64,000 bases of DNA from Octopus bimaculoides (Eukaryota): contig NC_068996.1 of NCBI RefSeq assembly GCF_001194135.2, positions 51,335,442 to 51,399,441 on the forward strand. The letters are read 5' to 3'. The position numbers and the translations under genes are program-made. The notes beneath the pieces are model-generated. The model was not told the DNA's origin. It saw nothing but the letters and a program-made list of their open reading frames with translations, and searched no databases. Positions 11,996 through 24,469 of the stretch are shown piece by piece (positions within the stretch are counted from its first letter, which is position 1; each line of letters opens with the position of its first letter).

Positions 11996-12599
11996 AGATA
12001 TACATACATGCATGCATGTATGTATATATCATTGAAATGCTTTTTAAAATTTGTGTGATAAAATTTTGTGACCAAATATGGTTAATAAGTAAAAACAAAA
12101 TATTTTCGAAATAATATCATCAAATTCTCAGACAAGAGAGTTTATTTAATTTTCAGTAGAATTTGCTACACTTTTGACTAAATTTTTCCTTGAGTATTTT
12201 GATTTATTTGTCCCAGTTGATGCAACTGTAAAAGAAGAGCATTTTCAACTGTGATTCACAGCTTGAGCAATGCTTTCAACAAACAACACTTGATGTCACA
12301 GTCAAACATCTTTTTTTTAAATAAATTTGAGTTCACAATCTGTATCAAATTCTTTCATCAGTAAAGCTGTTATTTATGAACAAACCCTAGCAATACACAT
12401 ACATATTTATTATATATATTTATGTATATATATACTTATATATACATGTGTATACATTTGCGCTCTTCCTACAGCACAAGGAGTATTTTACTCCTATTTC
12501 TAGCAATGAAGGTGTCTCGGAACTCTTAGTCACATTTAGTGGTGATTGAATTTTTCCATTATGGTATTATGCTGCACCTAGATATTTATATTAATTTTT

Positions 12600-12635
<36 letters not shown>

Positions 12636-12638
<3 letters not shown>

Positions 12639-12965
12639 AGACCCCCTTTGGTCATGAATGACCATGGGTTTGCATCTAGAAAGTTACCCTCCGAGGCACA
12701 AGTCCAGGCAAGGCTGCTTTGTGGAAGGCCAACAGTCACCCATGCATACCAGCCTCCCTTCTCCACACCACTGATGTTATCCGAGGGAAAGGCAAAGGTC
12801 GATACAGCTTGGCACCAGTGACGTCACAACTAATTTCTACAGATGAGTGAGCTGGAGTAACATGAAATAGAGTGTCTTGCTCAAGAACACAACACATTAC
12901 CCGGTCTGGGAATTGAACTCACAACCTCATGATTGTGAGCCTGATACTCTAACCACTGAGTCATG
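12636..12965 (-). mobile_element. tRNA-derived SINE family C, near full length
   Basis: On the minus strand: A-box (tcagtggttag), B-box (gagttcaattcc), CORE-like ttgagcaagacact; homologous to 31563-31870 and 57365-57680. Confidence 0.85.
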
Positions 12966-12971
12966 CATCTA

Positions 12972-13006
<35 letters not shown>

Positions 13007-13009
13007 GTG

Positions 13010-13125
13010 CAGGAGTGGCTGTGTGGTAAGTAGCTTGCTTACCAACCACATGGTTCCGGGTTCAGTCCCACTGCATGACACCTTGGGCAAGTGTCTTCTA
13101 CTATAGCCTCAGGCCAACCAAAGCC
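13010..13125 (+). mobile_element. SINE family A head
   Basis: ggctgtgtggtaagtagcttgcttaccaaccacatggttccgggttcagtccca...ccttgggcaagtgtcttctactatagcc. Confidence 0.8.
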
Positions 13126-14529
13126 TTGTGGTCAGGATTCAGTTCCACTGTATCCTGAGTTGATGTCTTAGCTCCGGGACAATCAAAGCCTTGTGAGTGA
13201 ATTTCTTAGATTGGAAACAAAGAAATTTGTCACAAGTGTTTGTGTGTACCATTGTCTTGATGTCACATGATAATTGTAAATGAACATCACTATCATACTA
13301 GCGGTGTTGTTCATTTCTAGTCTTCCATTGTAAGCATGTCTGGCCATGGAGAAATACTACCTTGCTTGAAAACAAGTGATGGGTTGATGACAAAAAGGGC
13401 CTCTAGCTGTAGAAAATCTGCATTAAGAAATTCCGTCTGACCCCAGCAAGCATGGAAAAATAGATGTTAAATGAAGGTGTCTGTGTGTTTGTGCATGTCA
13501 AGTGTAATAAATGAAAACAGTTTTCTGATATCATTATTACAAATGTTTTCGACAGAAAAGGGCAATTTTTTAAAATGTAAACTGCAATAGGACAAAATGT
13601 TAAACATCAGTTTCATAATATATTAATTTTGATGAATCAGTTTTATAGTATCCTCTTCTTGATGGACTTTCCTAAGAATTAGGGGGAAATGCTACTTTGA
13701 AATTATTCAAAGCTTCATATTCTGTGTCAGGTGTATGACATCTATACAACTATCTTTTAAATGTAAATTTTTTCTGATTTGCCAACAAAAACTATTGTCT
13801 TTGTGCAAAGTTGGCCAAAACCATTCCATTATTAATTAGTTTACTCTGTTAAAAATGGTGATGAAAAACAGAATCATCCCTGAGAAACTTTGAACCCACA
13901 TCAATGAAAACAAATGAGTAGATTGTGAAAGATATCCATCACTCAACACTAGAACCACCACATTAGGAAGATAGAGATCTGTGTTAATAGGTTTATAGGA
14001 ATGATTTAGGGGCTTTGTTTTTGTTTTATAATATGTGTGGTTGTTAACCTTTTTCATCACCATATTTATGTTGAAATACACTGCCTTCATTCTAATTAAT
14101 TTTGAAAATAACGAAGAATTTAGTAAAATAACTTTGCCACTGGTGTTAGGAACATAAATCAACAGGAAATTTTGAAAGAAGGTTTTAATTGGGTCCTTTT
14201 GAAAGCGGGAGGTTTATATTATAGAACTAGGGTCGGTCTCAGACTGGTTGGTATCAAAATGGTTGAAGGGACATTGCAATCAATTAGTTTCCTTTGTTAT
14301 CTGTGGATCCACGGTGGAACATAATCAACAAAACAAATTAGTTAAACTCAGGGGCCTCACTACTTGCAAACAAGTTGTACCTCCTCAGGGGTACCAGCAT
14401 GACTGTAGTTCAGTCCCACTGCCTGACATCTTGGGCAGATGTCTTCTACCACAGCCTCAAGTTGACTAATTCTTATGAGTGAAATATAGTTAACAGAAAT
14501 CGTTGAGGAGAAACTCGTTTTATGTTTAA

Positions 14530-14731
14530 CCCTTAAGCTTTCACATTATTCTGTCAAATGTAATGCTTATTTATTCACATTGTTTTGAATTAATCATGCT
14601 TTATCTTGTAGCTATGAGATTTTGATGAAGTAACTTAATTTTTAGAGTGATATTGTAAAGATGGTATGAGAAGCCAAATCTGGCCAGGCTGAATACTTTG
14701 GCCGGGTATGGTCGGTTTAAATGCTAAAGGG
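14530..14731. mobile_element. piggyBac-like MITE with TTAA target-site duplication
   Basis: TTAA|CCCTT...AAAGGG|TTAA; related copies at 24470-24676, 40382-40490 and 62150-62572. Confidence 0.75.
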
Positions 14732-15159
14732 TTAACTAATAATTTTTACTGTCTTTGTAGTTTTAATACTAAAAGTATAAAAAAGAAAATAGTTTCATTA
14801 ACTCCTTGAAAGTTAGGTTTTAACGTTCTGTACTAGAATGGTTTATAAGAATGTTACATCGGCGCCTGAATAATGAAGGGCAATGGTAAACTTAGTAGGA
14901 TTTGAAGTTGAAACTTAAGGGGGCTTCAGTGTTTTTGTATGATAGTCTAACAATACTACTAATCCACTACCAAAAAGGTTATTTTAAAGATGGACACATG
15001 ATGTGACCTATTAGTCACTTGGCCAGTAGCCTTCTGGTGACTTGGTCAACTTTTACTCACCATCAGTCTTATAATATCTAGTGCTGCTTTGGATCAAAAC
15101 TCTCAGTAACCTTTAAATAAAAGCCAAATTAATATTAGCATCAATGAGTCATCATTATC

Positions 15160-15425
15160 ATCATCACTTAAAGTCTGTTTTCCATGCTGGCATTGGTTGG
15201 ATAGTTTGACAGGAGTTAGTAAGCCGGAGAGCTGCACCAGGCTCCAGTTGTCTGTTTTAGCATGGTTTCTACTGTTGGATACCCTTTCTAATGCCAACCA
15301 CTTTACAGACTGTACCGGGTGCTTTTTACATGGCACCTGCATGAGTGCTTATCTTTATGTGGCACCAGCATGATTGCTTTACACATGGCACTAGCACTGG
15401 TGCTTTATACATATCACCAACGCTT
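15160..15425 (-). mobile_element. RTE LINE 3' tail fragment
   Basis: (tca)n tail plus tttccatgctggcat...ctgcaccaggctcc...atgccaaccact, with short gcacc repeats. Confidence 0.7.
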
Positions 15426-16041
15426 TAATTGACTATCACAACTATCACATCAGTTATCAAAAATCAGATTGAACTAGAAACTTGCCTTTTTACCAAAAAT
15501 CTTTGCAACATTTAAACTCAAGAATCTTTTTTATGTAAAGATTTGTTCCTTTCCTGCAAAACAAAAATAAGTCATAACATGAATGGCCATTGTGAAAATG
15601 TCTGTGACTACAAAGTATTCTTACTTGAATCAAATAACAAGCTGCAATGTGAATGGGCATCATGAAAATATAGAGTAGATAAATCACCAGAAACCTTGTG
15701 TTAAGGTTACGATAAACCTGCTACTACATCTGTTTCTTATAAAAATTATATCTAATCGTAGAATTCTATGCTTAACCTCAAGTGAACCAGTATTGCTGGA
15801 AACTTAAGAATATGCTATCGTAAATAGAGTTATAAATATCTTTTTTTTGTTTTTTAATCAATGAATGCAGAACAGTTCTGAAAGCAAAAACTGAACTAGT
15901 ACCTGAATGGTAAAACAGAAATAATACCATTTTTTGTGGTTGTGATCATATTGGTGGGTTGATGTTTGTATGTGTGTGTGTGAGAGAGAGATGGAAATCT
16001 GCTGCCAGTTGAAAACTATTTTGATTTGAAATAATGGAAAT

Positions 16042-16917
16042 TTTGGGTCATCCCTTAAATAATGCAGTTTTTTCAATTGCATGAACTAAAAGTTGGAGGG
16101 AGACGGGACAAACTACCTGCATCAACTTGCTATAAAAGCAGGTAGTAATTTTACCTTTGACTTATTCTTAGTGCAAGTTTTGAAGAGTGCAGTTTGATTT
16201 TAAGCTATTTTTTTCAAAGTTATAATGGAAGTGACAAAGGAGTATATTTGGCATATTTTGGTTTATGAGTTCAATAAAGGCAACACTGCTACAGAAAGTG
16301 CAAGGAATATTAATGCAGTATATGGGGATTGGACAATAAATGTAAGCCAGTGTCAACAATGGTTCCCGAAATTCTGAGCCGGAAACTACAGCCCAGAAGT
16401 CAAGCTTCGTCCTGGAAGATCTGTAGAGTTTGATAAGGAGATCCTGCAGATGGAACAAAATCCCATCATAACTGTTGAGGAACTAGTAGAGAAACTTGGA
16501 TTTGGTCATTCAACCAGTCATCCAAGTCAGTGCTAGAAGGAAAACGACCATCTTTGGTTTCAAGACGAAAGGTGTTCTTCCTTCAGGATAATGCTAAGCC
16601 ATATACAGCAAGGATGACATTCCAAAGGTGGGAGCAGTTTGAATGGGAACCATCATTTATTCCACAGACTTCAAAATCATTTGGACGGAAAAAATATGAA
16701 TTCTATAGACAAAGTCAGAACAGTGCTGGAGAAGTATTTTTCGTCACGGACAAGTGAATTTTGGAAGAGGGGCCTTGTAAGTCCACCAGATAGATGGAAG
16801 GACATTGTAGAAAATGAAGGAAAGTATATTTTAGATTAAAAAAGAACTTTGTTTATCTTAAACTTGAAAAATAAAAGAAGTATAAAAAAATCACATTATT
16901 TACGGAATGACTGAATA
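16042..16917 (+). mobile_element. Internally deleted mariner (Tc1/mariner) transposon relic in Fos intron 2
   Basis: Degenerate TIRs (gggtcatcccttaaataatgcagttttt at about 16045-16073; reverse-complement match at about 16884-16916). Fragments translate as MEVTKEYIWHILVYEFNKG (HTH), FLQDNAKPYTA (second Asp), HLFHRLQNHL and GKYILD*. First catalytic block deleted. Confidence 0.85.
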
Positions 16918-17040
16918 TATAAATGTATAATCAACATTATTGTATTTAGCCAAGTTTTTATTCTTAATATAGAGATGTTACCAAAAGAGCTTGTTGCTTA
17001 TTCATTTTGTATGTTTTCTTTTTCTTTTTTCTCTCTAAAG

Positions 17041-17181
17041 GATGACCTTGGGCAATCCTACTTTAACAGTAGATTATGTCCAGAAGAAGAAGAACGTCGA
17101 CGAATTCGTAGAGAAAGGAACAAGATAGCTGCAGCAAAATGTCGTCAAAGAAGAGTTGACCACACCAATCGCCTTATTCAG
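17041..17181 (+). CDS. Fos: Fos coding exon 3, basic DNA-binding region (47 aa, [47 protein letters not shown])
   Basis: Long polypyrimidine tract then aag|GAT, in frame with exon 2; closely matches the c-Fos basic region [21 protein letters not shown]; donor CAG|GTACAT at 17182. Confidence 0.9.
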
Positions 17182-17544
17182 GTACATTTATACTTCAGTT
17201 CCTTTTTAGAACGTTAGCTAAATAGTATTTCTGTCTATGTGTATATTGGAGTCAAAACAATTGGGAGTATAAGGTAATAAGAAAAATATTCATCAATATC
17301 TTTTGACTTGAAACTCACTGGAGGAGTTTTCAGTGTTTCTGCAGAGTATAATTACTTCAGCAGAACTATTCTTAATACCAGTTCATCAAGCTGGCATTAA
17401 GGATAGTTTCTGACTCACCTGGGAAGAATAATGTCAATGAGTCAGTGTCCTGTTCTTGAGAGATGTCTAACATTCTGAAGCAGGAACTAAGCACCGGCTC
17501 CCAAATGGATCACTCTGCTCTTAACAGACAATATTTATTTATTC

Positions 17545-17755
17545 TGTCAGCAAGCTAACAGAATTGTTAGCACACCGGCCTAAATGCTTAGCAGCGTTTC
17601 ATCTATCTTTACATTCTGGATTCAAATTCTGCTGAGGTCAACTTTGCCTTTCATCCATTCGAGAGCAATAGAATCAGTACCAGTTGAGTACAGGGGTTGA
17701 TGTAATCAACTCAGCCCCTGGCCTTGTGCCTAAATTTGAGATCAATATTTATTTA
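17545..17755 (+). mobile_element. SINE family B, degenerate, Fos intron 3
   Basis: Homologous to the reverse complement of 38455-38660 and 29810-30615 (ttcaaattc.gc.gaggtcaactttgcctttcatcc). Confidence 0.65.
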
Positions 17756-18136
17756 TTTTTATTACATGCCTGTCTAACTAGTTTGAATTAGTTGAATATA
17801 TTCTCCAAAAGTATTTATAAATATTTGTATTTCATTTACATAACTTTTGTAATAATAAGATAAAGCAACAAAATTATTAATGGGAGAAAAATGTACAAGT
17901 TACTATATTTTTTCTTCCACAAAATTCAATTTTTCCACCTATTAAGAATATTAAATGACCATGTCTTACCAACTTACAGCTCCACAGTTCTTGCACATGC
18001 ACTGTTATATGCCTTTCTCATAAAGAGGGAAGTCTTTGTTGCTACAACAGGTGACATCTCCCACACTTCTTCCTCTTTTTTCCTTTTTAAGTTGCAATTT
18101 ATGTGCACTGTCTACAAACTGTATATGTATTTATGG

Positions 18137-18516
18137 AGGTGCAATGGCCCAGTGGTTAGGGCAGCGGACTCGTGGTCATAGGATCGCGGTTTCAATTCCC
18201 AGACCGGGCGTTGTGAGTGTTTATTAAGCGAAAACACCTAACGCTCCACGAGGTTCCGGCAGGAGATGGTGGCGAACCCTGCTGTACTCTGTCCCCACAA
18301 CTTTCTCACTCTTACTTCCTCTTTCTGTTGTGCCTGTAATTCAAAGGGTCAGCCTTGTCACACTGTGTCACGCTGAATATCCCCGAGAACTACGTTAGGG
18401 GTACACGTGCCTGTGGAGTGTTCAGCCACTTGCACGTTAATTTCACGAGCAGGCTGTTCCGTTGATCGAATCAACTGGAACCCTCGACGTCGTAAGTGAC
18501 GGAGTGCCAACAACAA
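18137..18516 (+). mobile_element. tRNA-derived SINE family D, near full length, Fos intron 3
   Basis: tRNA-like head gcaatggcccagtggttagggcagcggactc...gtttcaattccc; short caa-repeat tail; head also at 52390-52505 (-). Confidence 0.8.
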
Positions 18517-18898
18517 TATGTATTTATAAAGCTTCTAACTCAGTTTTCAGATTATGACTGAAAATTATTAATATCCAAAGGCAAACATTTGATTTCTTTG
18601 TCCAAAGACACTGGTTCTGACTACACAAAGCACATGAGTCAAGAACCTAGCATCTTATTATTCCCAACTGTACAAAATAAGTTAAGACTGTCTGTGAATA
18701 GATGTGAAATTCAATATTGGATACATATGAGCTAATGGTGTGAATAATATAACAGGCATAAGTTTGCATCCTGTTCTTCTTGTTATTGTGTATATCTTTC
18801 AGAATGGTCATGTATTATATTCCAAACTAATAAGCTAAGTGATTAACTTTAGGTTTATTCTGACTTATTAAATTTTGATTACTTTTCTATTGTTATAG

Positions 18899-19408
18899 GA
18901 AACTGTAAAGCTCGAAGAGGAACGCAGCCATCTTGAAGATGAAATTCAAACTTTAAAACAGCAGAAAGATCGTCTGGAATTTATTCTCCAAGCCCATCGG
19001 CCTGATTGCAAAGCTGATGCAAAATTAAACCAGTCTTCTAACCTGCATTCTATCAAGATCAAGACAGAGATTGATTCTCATCAAAATTCCTGTTCTCATA
19101 AAAACGATGCACGATTACGTATGACGGAGCCAAATCAGACAATTCCATTGACTGTCGTTAAACAAGAAAAGGGTGTCCATCTGGGAAATAATGGACAAGG
19201 AGGTTCTGGTGCTAACCCAGATGGAAGTCTCAACATCAGCAATGTGCATGGCAATGCATATTATGGTTTCACAGATTTGGAAAATATTGTTGATGCAAAT
19301 CAAGCTCTACCTCCTGTAAGTGGGCAGTCATGTGCTAGTCAAGTTCACAAGAATTCGGCCGAAAGTAGTTCAGATCAAGTTGGTTCTCCAACGCTCATAT
19401 CACTGTAA
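18899..19408 (+). CDS. Fos: Fos coding exon 4: leucine zipper and C-terminus (169 aa + stop)
   Basis: Acceptor ttatag|GAA; zipper [33 protein letters not shown] parallels c-Fos LEFILAAHRPAC; ends SPTLISL* like c-Fos SPTLLAL*. Confidence 0.95.
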   Translation, partial: ETVKLEEERSHLEDEIQTLKQQKDRLEFILQAHRPDCKADAKLNQSSNLHSIKIKTEIDSHQNSCSHKNDARLRMTEPNQTIPLTVVKQEKGVHLGNNGQGGSGANPDGSLNISNVHGNAYYGFTDLENIVDANQALPPVSGQSCASQVHKNSAESSSDQVGSPTLISL

Positions 19409-19565
19409 AGTGGAGCTAAGAATTTGAGTAACTCTTTCTCCATTCTAAATAAATATATATATATATATATATATACATACATGCATACATACAAACATAC
19501 ATACATATATAGATACATATATGTATATATATATGTGTGTGTGTGTGTGCATATATATATATGTG

Positions 19566-19607
<42 letters not shown>

Positions 19608-21275
19608 GTATATATACATATATGTATGGATCATATGTTACAAACTGAGTTAAACAGTTTGCATATTTAAAAAAAAAAAGCATAATTTACATCATTCCAT
19701 GAATTCTACAATGTAAAATATTCCTGTTTACTTTTTGAATAATTATGCTTTTTCTTAGCATAATTGCTTCCTTATTGCACTAATGTTTTATTGGTGTTGG
19801 GTTGTTTTATAAGCCAACCGTAATGAGGAATGAAATTGTCCTTATTTTAGTTGCATTCAATGAGGAATTTTTTTACATCTCAAGTGCCAGTTATTTATTT
19901 TTTTAATGAAATGAAAGGCTAACATGCTTTTAAATGTTCTAATTTTAATCAAATGCTGTGAAGTTTTTTTATCTGCTCTTTTGAAACATTAATCTTTGGA
20001 GTAAATTTTTATTGGTGGGTTCTAACTTTTTCTTACCCACAAATTCCTTTTTGTAAACTTTTTTACACTAAAATAAAAAAAAAACATACCTTTTCATCTC
20101 TTCCACCAATTTTTGTATTCATAGAAAGAGTTACTACAATTCTGTTCACACATAAGCATTCTGCCTTTTTTAATTTGCTATGAAAGATTTACGCTTATTG
20201 TATCTGGAGCTTTTTTTCCAGCAATAGGAGAAAAGATATTGGTGAGCTTAATCTACCATCCAGACAATGTTTGTCAAAAAAATAAGATGAAAAAAAAACA
20301 ACTACGATTAAAAAAGAAAATAACTCTTCATATCTTTTTTAATATATATTTTCTTTTAATTCAGGTTTTAAGAAAATCAAATAAGTAATTTATCCTTTCT
20401 GTCCATCCAAAATTCTTCTCTGAGAGTTTTGAGCTAGAAACATTGCCTTATGCCAAAATTATTCTTCTAATGTAAAATCCAGTCCTTTATTTATACGTCA
20501 GGGCACATGAGTGTGTGATGGATATTCTGTTTTGTCTTTGTTTATTATAAAATGCAATATTATGCCACCATGTGTATGCCAACTCACTGTTAATTCTGTT
20601 TACTTTCAACGCTAAAGTAAATAATAGATCAATCTTTCCGAATGTTGAATGCAATAGTTTATATTTTGTTCCTTTCGCGCATGTGTGTGTGTGTGCATGA
20701 ATGTAAGGGTGTGTGTGTGTGTATGTTCTAAATGCATTATGCACTTCTTTTCTATGTATTTGTACATGTGTGTGTGTAAGAGAGAGAGTGCGTTTACAAG
20801 TGTCTTTATATATTGCTTCAATGTGTTCCTCTCTATCGCATTACATATATTTGTCACTATATTTGTGTCCAGTAAACCGTAAAAATCACACTTAAAAGAT
20901 TTATTTTTTTCTCTTGATATTTTCTTAATATATATATTTCCTTTTTTTAGTATCAAAATTTTTCTAATCAGCAAAAGGGAATTTTAGAAATTATTTTTCC
21001 TACAAACTCATTTATACAATGACGATATAATAATAAACTCAACAGAATTTTTTGTCCTCAATATTTTTGCAATTTTTGAAGACATTTTCTTCCCCCCCTG
21101 CCGCTTAAACAATTCATTGAAATCAATTTTTAAAAGCTGTACTTTTCGTTCTTCGAATCATTTAAATCATGTAATATTTCTTACCAAAGGATATTTTGCT
21201 TATTAATTTACTTTGATCATTATTATTAATTATCATTATTATTATTATTCCATTAAAAAAAGATAAATAAAAAGA
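19409..21275 (+). promoter_or_regulatory. Fos: Putative Fos 3' UTR with AU-rich elements and several candidate poly(A) signals
   Basis: AATAAA at 19448, 20072, 21032 and 21266; ATTTA at 19665, 19685, 19893, 20187 and 20388; TTATTTATT nonamer 19891-19899. True 3' end unknown. Confidence 0.45.
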
Positions 21276-21659
21276 CCACTAAAATCCCGAAAGGAAGTTT
21301 TGATGCAAAATGCGCTAACAGAAAGAAAAAAAAATTCGAAAAAAAAAATGAAAACAAATACATATATCATAATATTTATAAGTAAAATTGATTTCAAAAT
21401 TATATTTTAAATATTTAAACATAAGAACTCTGTGCTGGTAACAGAGTGAGATATATATGTGTGTGTATATATCTATATATTTATAAAGATGTATATGTAT
21501 ATATACATATGTATATATATGTATATACATATATATATTTATGCATATATATATATATTATTAGATAACGAATCATATGGTATACACCTGGTAGATTACC
21601 GGTAAAGCACGTTCACTTTCACAGTGTTCGTTAGGTATTTGATTAATGAGAGAGATGGA

Positions 21660-23050
21660 AGATGCATTATTGATCACTACAATTGTTTCAATCCATCTAG
21701 TATCGATCCCTCATGGGTGGGATACTGGACATTTGGTTTAGGTGTATCTGTCAATGTAGATGTGTCCCCTCAAGTGATTATAAGATGTATCTCATTAAAA
21801 TAATGTCTGTTCCACAAGATTTCTTCTTGGAATGTGTATGCAAAAGCAGCAACTTAGGGATACAGCTTCATTATTATAGAAGATCAATAACAGAAATCAG
21901 TTTCAAAAAAAAAAACAAGTACACAATACAGCAAAAGAAGTGTTAAATATCACTTAGTAGATATGGATGTAGAAATGACCACACAAGTCAATGCCTAAAA
22001 GTGGCTTGTGGTATAACTCCACTTGATGAGGTGTCACAGATTCTGTGGTAGGGTTGACTAGGTCTGGTCGATATACTTATAGAGTCATGAATAGGTACAT
22101 AAATACAGACATAGTAGATGTGTATTTTTTATATAAGCAGCTAATAAAATAACTGATAGCCTATTGAAAGTATTAATGCTAGGGTTAGGATCACCAGTGT
22201 AGATAAGTATAGGTTTTTTTGCATTTTCATCTCACGGTGAATGATTCTTGTTGAAGTTGGTATTTATCTCGCATTAATCGGTATACAATGGCCAAAGGGT
22301 ATCACAATGATATTAGTTACTAGTGTAGCATTATGTTTATAAGAATGGGGAGGTTGCAGTTAATTCATCCATACATTTAGGTAAATTATGATTATTAATT
22401 TGGTTAACAATTATCAAATTCATTCCCACTGCATTGTGTGAAAGTGCATTTATAAGCTTCATGAAAATTTCAGAAATCCTATGTATGAGTTTTTCATTGG
22501 TCCACAAAATAAGACTGCAATTCCTCGGAGCAGAGTCTGCATCTCCTGGAAAGGACATTGGTTGTGTACGTCTTATTATGGATCAAGTGAGACCATATTT
22601 AATCTTATCCTCCTTAAGTTGCTACACAAAATCAACCAAAGATGTTGAATGCCTCTTGTTGGTTTTATTGAAGCTGGCAACATGGTTGCGATAACAATTC
22701 ATGAATGAATCAGCCGTTGCCCCAGTGTAAATGTACAGTCCTCCTCTTGTGTGTATGGTGCATTTATATGCAAGATTGGTACTCATACAGAGATTTATCG
22801 ATAGTCTAAAGAATTATTTCCTATGCCTTTCCAGTTGTACTTCTGTCCAGGAAGAATAGAGCATCATCTCTATATAGATCTCCTGCAATTTTCGGAAAGG
22901 AAGACTGGATTAACAAAAGGATGTATATAATCCGACCAATTCTGTGACTTGCGATATCAAAACCATTCTCTCTATCTGACTGGTTCCATAATTTACCATC
23001 CCATGAGGGATTGATGCTAGATAGGTCAAAATAATTGTAGTGATTAATAA
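21660..23050 (-). mobile_element. Penelope-like element relic (RT and GIY-YIG fragments)
   Basis: Minus-strand translations: GFDI...IYILL..FPKIAGDLYRDDAL (Penelope RT YRDD); NLAYKCTI...YIYTGAT..F..CYRNHVASF and KRHSTSL..LKE (GIY-YIG region). A 51-bp terminal segment occurs in inverted orientation at both ends. Confidence 0.75.
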
Positions 23051-24066
23051 ACATTCTTGTATTTTCTGTCTCTCTCATTAATCAAATATATATGTATATA
23101 TATACATATACATATATATATATATATGTATATATATATAAAAACACACACATACATATATGCATATACATTTTTTTTTACATATTCCATTGCAACATGT
23201 GTAATATCTATATTTGTCAAGTGTATTTATTACACATGTGGCATCCAATTGTTGATACAAAAAAAACTTCCCTTTTTTTTTGTTTCTTTGTTTTTTTTTT
23301 CTGTTTTTTTTTTTATTCCTTTTATTTATTACCTATTTCTTGCCCCCCTGCCATTACCTTTTTTTTTCTATCAGATTCATCTTTTTCTATAAAATTTTGA
23401 AATTTCATTGCTGACAATTTTAATCATGTATCCAAAAATATCATAAATGTTGAGATTAGAGAAGAAAAAAAAAATAAAGGCTTCCTTCCTCTCTCTCTCT
23501 CTCTCTCTTTCCTTCTTTCTTTCTCTCCTTTCTCACTTTACCTTTTCTCTCTCTATCTCTCTCTTTCTCTCTGACTCACTTTGACTTTTCCCTTCTTTTT
23601 TTTTTTAACTTATAATCTTAATTTAAATGGACACAACGCAGTAATTGACATTTTGTGATACAGTAATGGTTACATGCAATGCTTGAAATAAAATTTGTTA
23701 GCATCACACAACTGATACTGGTTTTGACTTGTTTTTTTAAATATTTTTTTTTCTCTCTTCTTTTTTTCTTTATCTTTATAAATGATTCATGTAAATGGAA
23801 TGTTCCAAGCAAGACATGGTCCTTCAATCCATCCAGGAGAGAGCAGCATATCTGAATAAGAACTGACTCAGATTATGACAAACCCATCATCCAACCCATT
23901 GCCAGAATAGAAAGCAGACATAAAAATGATGATGAAGTTTCTATTCTTGTCTGGAGTAGTCAGTGGGGTGATGGCTCTACAAGTTGAAAAATATTTCTCT
24001 TCTTTATTTTTTTCAAATTCCTATGGAATGATTTATCTGTTGAAGACACCATTTTTACTGTGGGAT

Positions 24067-24067
<1 letters not shown>

Positions 24068-24148
<81 letters not shown>

Positions 24149-24160
24149 CCCCTCTCTCTC
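24068..24160. repeat. (CT)n microsatellite
   Basis: Direct. Confidence 0.95.
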
Positions 24161-24469
24161 TCCTAACCATTCAACTGTAAAACAGTACAAGCTAAGTTTA
24201 TCACTATCCTCAGAAACAAAACAATGGTTATAGTAAGATTTGAACTTATGACTATATGGTCAGCAGTCCTATTCTTTAGTCTCACAGCTCTTGTGTCTCT
24301 ATATATACAAAGATATATACAATAGATATTTTAAGATAAGTTGCAAATATCTCAACCACTGTAATATGCTAATCATGAGATCAATTGTAGAATATGCACA
24401 ATCAAAATTACAAATAGCTGAATTTCCTTTGAATTTTATCCTTCTATCTTCAAAAAAAGGACACTTTAA

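Noticed and set aside
23000-23078. N-terminal part of ORF 22821-23078 as RT sequence
   Set aside because: It is the inverted terminal segment plus flank; RT similarity starts only below about 22990
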